This document shows positions 1 through 12,646 of a stretch of DNA of 64,000 nucleotides, in pieces (the stretch's first letter is position 1; every line of letters begins with the position of its first letter). The notes beneath the pieces were generated by a model, which did not search any database, was not told where the DNA came from, and worked only from the letters and a program-made list of their open reading frames with translations. This DNA comes from Oopsacas minuta (lineage: Eukaryota > Animalia > Porifera). The DNA is taken from positions 124,001 through 188,000 of the forward strand of contig JAKMXF010000222.1 of assembly GCA_024704765.1 (NCBI GenBank), written 5' to 3'. Both the position numbers and the translations under genes were made by a program.

Positions 1-37
1 GTTGGAATTAGAATATTTATATGACATAAATAAAAGA

Positions 38-105
38 AATCCACCATCCATGGTTAAATATCTAATAAGCATTTAGGGGACCATTTGGGTCAAAAACCGC
101 GTTTC
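38..105. mobile_element. Family A non-autonomous element, right end, in a DNAJC13 intron
   Basis: ccaccatccatggttaaatatctaataagcatttaggggaccatttgggtc, shared with copies at about 6.0, 6.6, 12.4 and 15.0 kb. Confidence 0.75.
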
Positions 106-121
106 ATCACAACTATTTTAG

Positions 122-3100
122 GTGGTTTAAAGGTATTACTTGATTTCGTCACTCTTGCCCATCTACACACAAGCAGAGCTCAGACCCCCATGCAATCCAA
201 CTTACTAGAAGCCCCTCAAGGTATAGAATATGATATAGAGAGGGAATGGTATTACGGGAATAAGGATAAGGAAAGACTCGGTCCGTTCTCTTTCAAGGAA
301 ATAAAAGAATTCTGGAATGAACAGGAAATAAACGAAACGACACGTTGTTGGGCTCAAGGGCTAGATGGCTGGAAACCATTGAGAGAAGTAGCACAGCTAA
401 AATGGTGCTTATTTGCGACTGGAAACGCCCTAATGAATGAAACTGAACTAGCAACACTCGTACTAGGTAAGAAATACATGACCATATATGGTAATATCCC
501 TTATATTATACTGATTATCTTCTTATAGGTATTTTTATTAAAATCGTAGAGTATTATCCTAGTAGAGATGTAGATAACGCTATCATACGGCCTCTACCTA
601 AATGCAAGAGAGCCCTCAGTGATCCAAGTTATCTACCTCATATTGTACAGCTACTGGTCACGTTTGATCCTGGATTAGTTGATAAAACAGTCCGTCTACT
701 CAATTTAGTCATGGAAGACAATCCGCAATTGCCTCGTATATTCATGACAGGTGCGTTCTTCTTCATAATGATGTACACAGGCTCTAATATTCTTCCAATT
801 GGAAGGTTCCTAAAGTATACCCACATGAGACAGAGCTTTAGACCAGAAGAAATAACGCAAAATTCTAGTGATATAATGATACAGTCAGTGCTAGGACAAC
901 TTCTCCCTGAAGCAATGGTGTGTTATCTAGAGAACCATGGACCAGAGAAATTCGCAGAAACATTTCTCGGCGATTTTGACACCCCTGAGGCCATATGGAG
1001 TCATGAAATGAGACGTTTGTTGATTGAGAGAATAGCCGCACATATCGGAGACTTCAGTCCCAGGCTCCGATCTAACACACGCTCTCTCTACCAATACTGT
1101 TCTATTCCAGTAATACAGTATCCACAATTAGAGAACGAGTTATTCTGTAACATATACTACCTCAGACATCTGTGTAACACAGATAAGTTCCCTGACTGGC
1201 CAATTAAAGAACCAATTAAATTGTTAAAGAATGTTCTAGAAGAATGGAAACGTGAAGTGGACAAGAAACCTCCAAGTATTACTTGGGAAGAAGCGTACAG
1301 AATATTGAATCTACGAACTGATAAAGGCCAACAAGATCAAGCTACAATCCGTAAGGCATATTTTAGAATGGCTCAGAAATATCATCCAGATAAAAACCCG
1401 AATGGAAGACAAGTATTCGATGAAGTTAACAAATCATATGAATTTCTATGTTCAGTACACGTGAACTCTACAGTCGGCCCTGATCCCATTAGAATAGTAT
1501 TACTACTCCAGACACAGTCTATTCTATTCAAAAGATACTCTGATACTTTACATCCTTATAAATACGCCGGATATCCTATGTTGATTAAAACCATCTCATT
1601 TGAGAACGATGATTCAAGTCTGTTTAAGAAGACTACTCCTTTATTGCCTGCTGCCGCAGAACTATGCTATCACACTATTAATAATTCTGCATTGAATGTT
1701 GAGGAGTTGAGACGTGAAAATGGCTTGGAACATTTACAGAATTCGTTTGACAGATGTCTAGATATTCTCAGTTTTGCTACAGTAGATACTGATACTCCTG
1801 CTATTATTCTAGGACATGTTCTAAAGTGTTATTCTGTAGCTGTTTGTTTTGAAGGGTGTCGTGAGAAAATATACGAAATGCCGGGGGTAATTCGCGGAAT
1901 TTGTCGCACTCTCTACTACAAGAATACTCAACAGCTGTGTATGGTAGCAGCTGATTGTGTGTGTGCATTTGCTCAAGACACAAAACTACAAACTTGCCTT
2001 CTAGAAAATGGTATTCTATGGCATTTGCTATTATACCTATTCCAATACGATTACACCCTGGATGAAAGTGGAGTAGAAGCTAAATCTGAAACAAACGTAC
2101 AAGAAATACACAATGATTTAGCAAGAAGGTGTGTCCATGCGTTACGACGATTGGGGGGTAGACAGCCTGTGGACGAGGCTGCGATTAGGACCCCAGACAA
2201 CCCAAATGTCAACACGTGTCTCACTGGTATGCTGACATACTATCTGTCTAGACAAATGGGTAAATTAAGTATTCGTGAATTCTTAAAACTATTCTCCTGC
2301 AATACAGAAACTCCATATCTAATCTGGGATAACAGAACGAGAGCTGAACTGAATGAATATTTAGAAACACAGCAAGAAACACAAATCAAAACAAGTAGTG
2401 GAGAACCTCACCTAGGTGCTACTTTCCAATTCAGTGTCCTTACTGATGAGTTAGTAGTAGGCAATACATACGTACGTGTGTATAACGAACAACCAATGTT
2501 TGTACTAGAAGACCCCTCAGATTTCGCTTCATGTTTGATAGAGTTCTTAGGACAACAAGCTCAGTATCTTCAATCACGCTTACAAATGACTGAGAACTTA
2601 TTTGACGGTTTAAACGACCAAAATCGTATAAAACATTCTGAAATGAGTTTAGAAGCTTTGAGTAATGTTATAAAGAGTAACGGTGGTACAGAAATCCAAT
2701 GCATTGGACATTTCACGTTACTATTCTCTCTACTATCGATACAGGACGCGAAGAGACTGAAAGAACTCGCTCTTGATGTTATCCTAAACGTGACCGGAAA
2801 TAAGAAATGTGTGAACAACATAGCAGATGCTAACACGCTACATTTCCTACTGATGGCCCTACCATCTCTCCCAAACTCTCATGACGTCATCCTTGAGATA
2901 TTAATGGCATTAGCCTCACATACAGCTATCATTAAAGAAATGCTACAGAAAGGCGGCCTTATATACCTTTTGGATCTATTCTGTAATGCAACTTCAGGAG
3001 ATATACGTGAAGCTACAGCTACGCTATTCTCTAAAATGATAGCAGATAAACTAGCTGGCCCTAAAGTGCGTATTATTATTATTAAATTCCTGCCGTTGAT

Positions 3101-4121
3101 ATTCTTAGACGCGATGCGAGATAATCCAGAAGCAGCTGTTCACATGTTCGAGAATGTACATGAGAACCCTGAGCTTATTTGGAACGATGAAGCTAGGAAC
3201 AAAGTGTCAGCTACAATAGCTCAAATGGTTGTTAAGGTCAATGCAAGACAACAAGAAGATCCGTTAGCTGTGTGGAGACTACCAGAAGATTTCACTGTGG
3301 CTTATTCTGATATAGAGGGTGAGGTAGAAGTAGGAGGAGTATACCTACGTTTATATATAAACCAGCCCTCCTGGGTGTTACGCCGTCCTAAAGAATTTCT
3401 AATCGCGATTTTAGACAAATTTTGTCTTTTATGCGACATGTTAAGTCCAGATGGTCAGGTCTTAGAGATGGTGACATCATCATTAAAATGTTTCTTAATT
3501 CATCATACAGCACTTGCTGATCAGATTCCTCCGTTAGGGCATATTCCGCGGATTTTCACACTTATGACGCCGAAAAATTCCGCGATTAACAAATCATGTG
3601 TAGAGGTAATCCTCCCTATGACAGATTCAGAAGTTTGTGTGCGTACAATCGCGAAATGTAAATGTATAGACCCGTTAATAACCGCAATGAAGACACGAAA
3701 TGACATCATACTCCCTGCCAATGAAGTGCTAGCTCAAATGCTAGATAGAAATATCTCGGAATTAGTATCACAAGCTCTAGACGTAGGCTTAGTGCATTAT
3801 CTCCTCGCTCTGCTAGAGAACTCGTTAGAAAACGTAGATAATGTCGGAGCAGTGAAAGCACAGATGGTCAAGGTGTTAAAGGCAATGGCACAAGATTTAT
3901 CATACGGACAACGTGTTACAGAGATTTTAGACAGCTCACCAATATGGAGCATATATAAAGAACAAAAACATGACCTATTCTTAACAGACACAAGAGTATC
4001 TGGATATTTAACAGGCCCAGGCGTAGCAGGTTATCTTACTGCCCCTACAGTTAGTAATAAAACAATGAGCTCAGCTCCACCCCCACTTGTTCCACCAGAT
4101 GACCAAGACCACCGTGATTAA
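122..4121 (+). CDS. DNAJC13: DnaJ homolog subfamily C member 13 / RME-8, 5'-partial; exons 122-466 and 529-4121
   Basis: GYF-like segment (EWYYGNKDKERLGPF...WAQGLDGWKPL), then after a 62-nt GT-AG intron the frame reads SRDVDNAIIRPLPK...MEDNPQLPRIF. J-domain with HPD (KYHPDKNP) and the RME-8 C-terminus. Upstream exons lie outside the window. Confidence 0.96.
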
Positions 4122-4398
4122 CATTTCACCATCTTTCATTGTGTATATATATATATTGCACTCTAACCCTAGCCCTGTCACGACTATGTATATACTACAC
4201 AAATGTGAGATTGTTATTACGTAGAAAGTTATTGTTAGTTATAATTAGAATAATATATTAGTGATATCTATAAACCGGATAAAATTTTTATGGATTAGAG
4301 AATTCGGTATGCTACTGTATATGTATTCAATTGGAGACCAGCTGATTTGCTTTTATATTATCAATATAGTAATTTGTCAATTCATTAAATATATGGGG

Positions 4399-4472
4399 TA
4401 TACAGCCTACTCTCGTTATATCAAAGCTTGAGGGACTGCGATAATTATTTCGATATGAAGGGAGTTGACGGT
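4399..4472. mobile_element. Family B MITE, internally deleted copy
   Basis: tacagcctactctcgttatatcaaagcttgagggactgcgataattatttcgatatgaagggagttgacggta. Confidence 0.65.
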
Positions 4473-4658
4473 AATATCCATCTCTAGAGTAATAATATTA
4501 GTGATGTCACTAAATATTAAAAAGACCGAATTAAATACAATCCAATAGCAGAATTTTCCTATTTATACCCTTGTGCATTTTGAGACACTGTTAATTTGTA
4601 TTGTATTAACAATATATTTAGTTGGTATAACTGTATTAACAGTTGCCATCTGTATAGA

Positions 4659-7600
4659 ATGGCCCAGTATCAACCTAGTGCTTATAGAATTGGATCACTC
4701 GCCCAATCAGTGTTTACGAATAAAATATCAGACATCGATTCTATAAGAAATCCCTTATCTCTACGATCATATCACATACCAGCCAAGAGTATTAAGACAT
4801 TTGAACCTCAGGATTATGAACACAATCCCCCAAATGTTGAGCTAGTTATCAACAAGTCTAATTCTGAAATATGTTTATCTGAGTTAGATTACCCAAGATT
4901 TTCAGGTTAGAATTCAATTATTTCTATATGTTACTTATAAGTATAATAATCCATTCTTTAGATAATATTCAAGATTCAGATTATCCATCAAGCTGTACAT
5001 GCTGGGATGAAATGACGTCACCACGATTAAACGCATACAGCTGTAACACTATTGGATTAATAGATGATGGAAATGATTCGCTGGAGAGTGGGATAGGAGA
5101 AGTTGACTATGAATCTGATGTATTTGAAGCTGGGATGGATGAAAGAGGAGATTTTGAAGAAATAGTAGAAGTATTGAATGATAAACTTGTAATTTCACCA
5201 ACAAGTTCCACTGAAGTATGTTTTATTAATAACCTAGCATAGCGGTTCCCAGCGCAGATCTAGCTATGAAAATGCTTCCCTGGTGCTGTACTTTTTTAAT
5301 ACTTATTTTACATAGACAAAGTTACTATCACGATCCAGCAGCACACAATCATATAATTCTCTAAAATATACTACATCTATTATACTACCATCTCATAAAC
5401 ATGCTGACGTCACAAGACAAATCCCATTCTTCAAACAATCTATGTTCTATAAGTTCCCACCTACTATTAACTTCCCATTACCTAACGAATGTATAGACCA
5501 TATTCCTGCTAACATAGAAACAGTGTTGAAATGGAGGCCTTCTACTATTACGCCTGTAGTTGTGAAGTCGTGTATAGCGAAAGCTGGCTTTAGGTGAGTT
5601 AATCGCTGTGTTAGAACAATAAGAATTTATTTTACGTAAATATTCCTCTCAGGATGTCAAATAGCAAGGACTGGATAGGATACTTCGGAAAACACATGAA
5701 AGCAGCTACATTCAAGAGTATAAAACCATTTCAGAAGGTTAACCATCTACCTGGTAGCTTCCATATGGGTAGGAAGGATAGCATGTGGAAAAGTATTATC
5801 AGAATGCAGGCTAGATTCTCTAAAAAAGAATTTGACTTCGTACCTCAAACATTTATACTTCCGGCAGAGTATGAAGCTTTCAAGCATGATTATGAGAGTA
5901 AAGGTTCTAAAGCTAGATGGATAATGAAGCCGCCTGCTAGCGCTAGAGGTTAGCTAAACTCTTACCCTTCCTATTTGTTATTAGTATTTAACCATGGATG
6001 GTGAATTTGGTTACTCTGCTTGGGTTGTCGCTTGTTTAGAGGGATATTTGTATATAGCATAAATAACAAATCTAGTATCCATGGTTCAATAACTAATAAC
6101 ATATAGGGGTGACTATTTATGATAATAACAAATCTCTATATTTGACATAAATTATTCTATAGGAATTGGTGTACAAATGGTGAAAAAGTTCAATTTAGTT
6201 CCTCGTAACCGTTCAATACTAGTACAGCAGTATATATCTAATCCAATGCTTATTAACGACAGTAAATGTGACCTCCGTATCTACGTGTATATCACATCTA
6301 TGGACCCCCTGCGTCTGTATATTTATGACGATGGACTTGTACGTTTCGCTACTGTAAAATACTCAACCGCGACTAGACACTTATCAAACCGGTTTGTACA
6401 TCTCACTAACTATTCAGTTAACAAGAAAAATAAAAACTTTCAAGCTAACACAGATGAGACTGTGAGACAAGGACATAAATGGGGATTGAAAGCTCTATGG
6501 CCGTATCTAGCTGAAAGGTAAGTTTCCCCTATATATGCTTATTAGATACTAAACCATGGATGGCGGACTACTCGCTTGGTTGGAGGGGGATATCTATATA
6601 CCTTAAAATAAACCAAATCGACCATTCATGGTTAGATATCTAATAACCATATAGTGAGATCATTTTAACCAAAAACTCAATAACTAATTCATTTCATACT
6701 TAATAGTAGTTTTAGCTGCGTATAGTTCTGCTTCTTTAAGGAAAGTTCCTAGTATAAGTCCTACCTCGCTTTGTGATAAACTTATCTGCTTTTCAATTGC
6801 GTTTCTGAGCTCGTCTTTGATAGATTTCGTTTTCTGCCTCGTACTTTTCGGTAGAATATTTAATTTAACTTTTCCTTCATTAATAATACACATTAGCTCC
6901 TCCAATAAATCTACATTGAAAAGATATTTGATAAGATTTGGGTAATTGAACTGTTCCATACTTCTGACTAGATCAATAACTTTGGTGAATGTTTGTTGCT
7001 GGTTATGCCATGCATACTGAATCAGTACAATCAAGCCTCCTAATATAGTTTGATTGGGTACATTAACCAATTTACTGTCAATAATCGCGATTGTTAAGTG
7101 TACCATATATGGTATCAAATCTTCGCTTCTAGTGCGTAGCAATGAGAATGTAGTTTTCCTATTAGAAGCTTTGTAGACAGCTGGTGGGCAATATTGGTAA
7201 TTACAGTGATTTAGAATATCTTTTAGAACTTTTGTAATACCAAATCCTGCTGCATCAATTCCCCCTCTCTGTAGCAAACAGAGATTTCTTTGTATCTCAA
7301 TACGCCATGCAAGTGCTTTGTTCAAATTATCCTTATTACGAGATTCTTCGTACTGTAGCCGTCCTAGAGCTTCAGTGAAGTTTAAGTGGTATGTATGCAT
7401 ATCCGCGAGGAATAAATTTATCCAATGCCATTCTTCTATACCCCATTGTTGTATTATACGTTGAAATTCACTTTTATATGTTTCGCTTGAATGAAGGAAT
7501 TGCCAGCATTTCGACGCAGCCATCAAACACTCACGAATTCTAGCTTCTTGAACTTCAAAACTCTGATTTAAATCGAACTCCATCGTTTCAGGTTTAAGAT

Positions 7601-9904
7601 TTAACTGATCTGTGTGTGGATGTGCTATTATAACCAGAAATGCTGGATAAGAGTTTGTACTATCTCCTGCGATTCTTAACACGTTCTCATAATACTCCCA
7701 AGCTGTTTGGAAGAACAATAGAACAGCTATGTAGAAAGATCCAATAGCAACTTGTAGTGATTTCTTATTAGATATTTCTTCAAGAGCTTGCCATCTAACC
7801 ATTGGCTGTTGTTTTGTACTCAGATTGATATTACCAACTATTTCAGGCCATTGGCATTTTTTCGCGATAAGGCATAACAATTCGTATAGCTTACTCCATC
7901 CATTTTCCGCGAATATTGCGTCATCAATTTCTTTACGGAATAGAATTTCTGTACCAATCGTGTAGAAATTAGTTGATAGCTCTAACCATTGACAAAAATG
8001 TCCAGTTTTTAAACTAATATTCTGTTGCTGTTCTGCTCGTATAATCGGTTTGTCTACGATAATATCGTTACAAGCAAGAAGTTTAGGAATAATATCACAA
8101 ACTAGGATCTTTTTAAACGGATTTATAAGAACGTCCGTGTTTACAGTGGATGCTCCTTTAGCTAGAATATCCAGAGCTTCTAGTCCATACATAGAAGTAG
8201 TCTCAGGGAATAGCGTCATAAGAGCTAGCAGTATCTGTGACTTACTCATGAGATCTTCAACCTTATTAGCGGCTTCTCTAAGCGCCTGTTTTTGTGTTTC
8301 AACCGGAAGTTGTAGGAATACATCCCTAAAAGTATCCTTTGGTGGATCTTGTGATAGTAGAGTTAGCGCGATACCTTCTAAGAATTCCCATAACTCTGGT
8401 TCTTCAGGAAATTCCCGTATTATATACTCGAGGTATTTTCTAGCACCAATTAAGTCATCACAGGATTTATATAGGAACAGTGTTTTGAGTTGAATTGTGA
8501 AATTACCTGCGAAAAGCGTAGAAGCGGTTAATATCCACGATTTAGCCCCATTTCTATCTCCCTTATACAGACAACGATCGCATTTATCTAATATATTCAT
8601 TATAGTAGGATCCATTATTTATCTTCTCTCTCCGAAATTGCTATAATCTCTGCTCTCCTAGCTCGTATCTTCTCTATTTTTTCTTGTGCTAGACGCTCGT
8701 CAATATTAAATATCCTACTGGTGAATAACGGTGTGAATAAGCCAATAGTCATAAGAGTGAATGCAAGGAATAGTTTCGCTCTCTGCCTAGGGTTTTCAAA
8801 CATTAGCTAAAAGTTGTGCAAAAATTATTAATTCGGTAAAATATGCTAAATACAGACAAATCAAAACAGTCACTCCCTGTTATACCAAACATAGATATAA
8901 TAGAAACACCTGCTAATATCAAAGTCTTAAATTGTACAAATATGGTCCCAAACCGTCAAAGTAACATAATTTACATCGGTTATTTCGAAGTAATTATCGC
9001 TGTCCCTTGGGCTTTGATGTAACAGGAGTTGACTGTATTATTATATAATGCACTATCCCAGAGGTGTAGATTCAGATAAAGTTTGGAGAGATATAAAAGA
9101 GTTAGTATTAAAGACGATAATAGCATCTGAGAATTACATAAACAGTCAAATAAAGGCTAATGTAAGAAACAAAGAGTGTGTATTTGAGCTGTTTGGATTT
9201 GATGTTATGCTAGATGATAAGTATAAACCTTGGCTAATAGAGGTTAACATCTCTCCAAGGTGAGTGTAAATATATATACGTATATATATTTTTTCGCGAG
9301 TGTTAACTCGTATTTAACTTGTATTATATATAGTTTACATTCAACCTCTGGGCTTGATTTGAACATTAAAGGTCCTATGCTCTGTCATGTATTAAACCTA
9401 ACTGGATTTAGAATACCCAATCAGCACTGGGATAGAATTCCCCTCACGAACGATGAAAAATCGAAGCATGCCCATTTCATGAGTGCTTGTCCTCATGAAG
9501 AAACTTCCTATATGAATTCTATACTTGAAACACTTACACCGGATGATATGAGAATGATTATTGAGACAGAAGACGAGTTCACACGAAAGGGGAGTTTTCA
9601 GTTAGTTTTCCCAATCTCTCAGACAATTCCTCACCTAAAATACTTCTCAATACAGAGGTATTACAACTTACTATTACATGCTTGGTTCTCTAATCCTCAT
9701 TACAAGGCTGGAAGAGGTATTTCTATGTTGAGAGAATTTGCTAGACAGGGTATACCTTTTAAAACGCAACCACCTCTCATGCACGTATGGACACACAAGC
9801 AAAGATCTCTCATTAAACCGTTGACTTTATCACCCAAAAAATACAAATTACCAACTTTAACTGGGGCGAAAGCTAAAAAGAAGAAAGTTCCAAAACTCAA
9901 ATAA
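4659..9904 (+). CDS. TTLL4: Tubulin monoglutamylase TTLL4-like, multi-exon; 2.5-kb intron 6518-9061 hosts two antisense genes
   Basis: Exon translations match the TTL domain: [82 protein letters not shown]. Splicing 6517/9062 joins LAER-GVDSD in frame. The start at 4659 is inferred. Confidence 0.9.
5965..6117. mobile_element. Family A element in a TTLL4 intron
   Basis: Inverted repeats tatttaaccatggatgg ... atccatggttcaata, plus core cgcttgtttagaggg and tail taggggtgac. Confidence 0.75.
6526..6675. mobile_element. Family A element directly 3' of the INTS10 stop
   Basis: Same inverted repeats, core ctcgcttggttggagggg and tail. Confidence 0.78.
6684..8615 (-). CDS. INTS10: Integrator complex subunit 10-like, intronless, nested antisense in the TTLL4 intron
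   Basis: 643-aa [22 protein letters not shown] and [16 protein letters not shown] resemble the recalled INTS10 motifs AKAWLITARSLYPADFNIQ and NCFRKLFVCDVLPLII. Confidence 0.8.
   Translation of the reverse strand: MDPTIMNILDKCDRCLYKGDRNGAKSWILTASTLFAGNFTIQLKTLFLYKSCDDLIGARKYLEYIIREFPEEPELWEFLEGIALTLLSQDPPKDTFRDVFLQLPVETQKQALREAANKVEDLMSKSQILLALMTLFPETTSMYGLEALDILAKGASTVNTDVLINPFKKILVCDIIPKLLACNDIIVDKPIIRAEQQQNISLKTGHFCQWLELSTNFYTIGTEILFRKEIDDAIFAENGWSKLYELLCLIAKKCQWPEIVGNINLSTKQQPMVRWQALEEISNKKSLQVAIGSFYIAVLLFFQTAWEYYENVLRIAGDSTNSYPAFLVIIAHPHTDQLNLKPETMEFDLNQSFEVQEARIRECLMAASKCWQFLHSSETYKSEFQRIIQQWGIEEWHWINLFLADMHTYHLNFTEALGRLQYEESRNKDNLNKALAWRIEIQRNLCLLQRGGIDAAGFGITKVLKDILNHCNYQYCPPAVYKASNRKTTFSLLRTRSEDLIPYMVHLTIAIIDSKLVNVPNQTILGGLIVLIQYAWHNQQQTFTKVIDLVRSMEQFNYPNLIKYLFNVDLLEELMCIINEGKVKLNILPKSTRQKTKSIKDELRNAIEKQISLSQSEVGLILGTFLKEAELYAAKTTIKYEMN
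8615..8803 (-). CDS. 62-aa single-pass membrane microprotein, weakly SMIM20/MITRAC7-like
   Basis: One hydrophobic stretch followed by a charged helical tail. Its TAA overlaps the INTS10 ATG (TAATG), and its own ATG is preceded by ttttag-cta. Confidence 0.5.
   Translation of the reverse strand: MFENPRQRAKLFLAFTLMTIGLFTPLFTSRIFNIDERLAQEKIEKIRARRAEIIAISEREDK
8865..9038. mobile_element. Family B MITE in the TTLL4 intron, upstream of the nested gene pair
   Basis: tgtacaaatatggtcccaaaccgtcaaagtaacat...gaagtaattatcgc...ggagttgactgta. Confidence 0.75.
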
Positions 9905-10057
9905 AGTCTAACTTGAATAAATAGCGCGTATTCGCGTTTTCGCGTTTTCACAAAACACTTGAGTTCGTACACTACAATTAGCATATATATAATATCACTT
10001 ATCGATATATTTATACGTGTTAGTTTCTTATAATTCACTTTTATTAATTAATTAGCA

Positions 10058-12179
10058 ATGTCAACTCCTACTGCTAGTAAAAAGATAACGAAATTACATG
10101 AATTCGTAGCGAGCACTTCAGAGGTAAGATGTCTTGCTTTAGGTCCTAAACAGTCCCGTGTTATGGTGACAGGGGGAACAGATAACAAGATATCAGTATG
10201 GATAATTGGCCGCCCGAATTTGTTGATGAGTTTTGGCGGGCATACTGCATCAGTTGAGTGTGTGAGATTTCGCGCGGATGAGCAGGTAGTTGCTTCTGGG
10301 AGTGCAAGTGGTACTTTGAAAGTTTACGATTTAGATCAGGGATCTTGTATTCGGACGCTATCTGGGCACAAAGCAGGTAAATGACGTCATGAAACAGTAC
10401 AGTTTGATTCTAAATTAATTCATACACACAATAGGTATTTCTAGTCTTGATTTCCATACTTCTGAGATGCTCCTGGCCTCTGGATCATTAGACACAAGGG
10501 TTAGGGTCTGGGACGTTAGGAAGAAAGGCTGTATATTCTCATACCAGGGTCATACGGGTAAAGTTAATTCACTGCTTTTCAGTCCTGATGGTAAATGGTT
10601 GTCATCAGCTGGAGATGATGGCTATATCAAAATATGGGAATTGAGTTCTGGGAAATTACTGCAAGATTTCTCATCACACGCAGGGCCTATAACGAGTCTA
10701 GAATATCATCCTAATGAGCTACTGTTAGCTTCTGGGTCTCAGGATAGAACAGCTAAGTTCTGGGATCTTGAGCAGTTCCGTATGGTGGATGAGAGTCAAC
10801 CAGAGGCTACTGGGATTAGGAAACTTACTTTTCATCCAAATGGCGATTGTCTCTTCACAGGTAACCATGGATAAAGTTACCATTACACACCTTAGAATTT
10901 CTGTTAATTATAGCTTACTGGTATAATTTCTATAAAATAGGTTCGCAAGAATGTCTCCGTATACATAGTTGGGAGCCATGGTGTTGCTATGAAACAGTAC
11001 CAGCTGGCTGGGGGAAACTAGCAGACATGAGGATTGTATCTGATCAGCTGATTGCAGCGAGTTACAGCCACTCCAGTGTATCCGTATGGACCAGTGACGT
11101 CACTACAATGCGACCATTTAGGAAAGATGACGAGTCAGTCAATTGTATGGAAGAATGTGATAAACTATCTGCCAGTCATCGTGGAATATTCGAGAAGTAT
11201 GATGTCAACAAGAGTCCTACAGATGACATAGCTAGAGAACATTCTCAATCAGATTCTTCTGACCATGAAGATATCAGTAGCAATAATAATCCACAAGCAA
11301 TGGATTTTGGTAAGTTTTCATAATTATTATAACGTATACAGTTAACTCACGTTAGTTCGAAGTAATTATCACGATCCCTTGAGCTTCGATATAATGGGAG
11401 TTATCAGTATGTGTATTTGCATAGGTCCTACTCCTGACGAGTTCAAAGTTGTCAGAGTACATAATTTGAACAAAAACATTTCTAAAGAAATTTTGAAACA
11501 ACCAAAAATTCAACAACCAACACCACAGGACGATTTCAATAGACCTAGGATCCTCAAGGTAGCAAGCGAAGAAGCATTCCCACAAGCAAGGCGCATACAA
11601 ACAGAAAATGACAGTAACGAACGATTAAGAAAAGTATTAGAAGATGGAAATATAAGTGTATTACGTCATCGTTTACAAACCCATAGAGATATAGCTAGAC
11701 ACTGGGACCCTCAAAATCCTATAATATCACTACGTAGAGCTATAAATACAGGAGAACAGGAAATTCTTATACATTTATTAGCCTTATACAACCAGAGGTT
11801 ATCCCTATGGACTCTGAATACGTGTTTAGTTGTACTTCCTGAATTACGTTATTTAATGCAGAGCCATAAATTATTCTTCGTTCAAACAACTGCCAATACT
11901 TTGAGACTTATCTTGAAAACATTCGGCCCTGTAATCGCGATTAATGTCAATCAGCCCCCTCCCACAGGAGCAGGGGTCGATATTTCGCGTGAGGAGCGAT
12001 ACGAAAAATGCTATGACTCATTCGCGCACTTAAATTCCATACGTGACTCTATATCCAACGCGAAATTCGATATGAATACAGCGGAAATAACACAAATATT
12101 CGATGAAGTGAAACAAGCATTTACAGTACTTGATCAACCCGATCTCTTCTATGGAACTCCTCCCATAAATAAGCTCTAG
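10058..12179 (+). CDS. KATNB1: Katanin p80 WD40 subunit B1, multi-exon
   Basis: N-terminal WD40 repeats (VMVTGGTDNKISVWIIGRPNLLMSFGGHT) and a C-terminal con80-like helical domain (LWTLNTCLVVLP, VDISREERYEKC). GT-AG introns present. Confidence 0.9.
11338..11410. mobile_element. Family B MITE, short copy in a KATNB1 intron
   Basis: tacagttaactc...cgaagtaattatcacgatcccttgagcttcgatataatgggagttatcagta. Confidence 0.65.
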
Positions 12180-12337
12180 ACGTGCTATATACTAACCAAC
12201 AACACAGTGTTGATATGTTATTAACTTTCAATTGTTGTTATTATAATTCATTCGTGGATTCTCTCTGTAAGTTAGGAAGGACTTGTAACCGGTAATTTTC
12301 TGTAAATATCAATAAAGTTCAATTACACGTTTACAAT

Positions 12338-12510
12338 TTTAACCACCATGGATGGTGGATTTCGGTTTTTGTTCAGGTCATTTTGAGGCACTCCTCGCTT
12401 GGTTGGAGGGTGTGAGTTCTATATCACAAAAATTAACGAAATTCGCCATCCACCATCCATGGGTAAATAGCTAATAAGCACATAGGGTGGCCATTTCGTC
12501 AAAACAACGT
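12338..12510. mobile_element. Family A element between the convergent KATNB1 and GRASP genes
   Basis: accatggatggtgg ... ccaccatccatggg, core cctcgcttggttggaggg, tail tagggtggccattt. Confidence 0.8.
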
Positions 12511-12646
12511 ATTATGATTTATATGAGTTAATATCACAACATTGAAGTACAGATCTAATAATAATCAAAAGACTACAAAATACAGCAAAAAGCTCCATCA
12601 ACATATTATACTAATTGACCAGTGTATAATAGAGTATGTAACAATG

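Noticed and set aside
85-121. ORF-track N-terminus of DNAJC13 (MGQKPRF...)
   Set aside because: It lies in an intron/family A element tail; homology begins after the acceptor at 121.
8050-8493. Plus-strand 147-aa ORF, and similar shadow ORFs (19751-20233, 21877-22407, 50266-50673, 57128-57484)
   Set aside because: Antisense to well-supported genes, with no recognisable domains; expected shadow frames.
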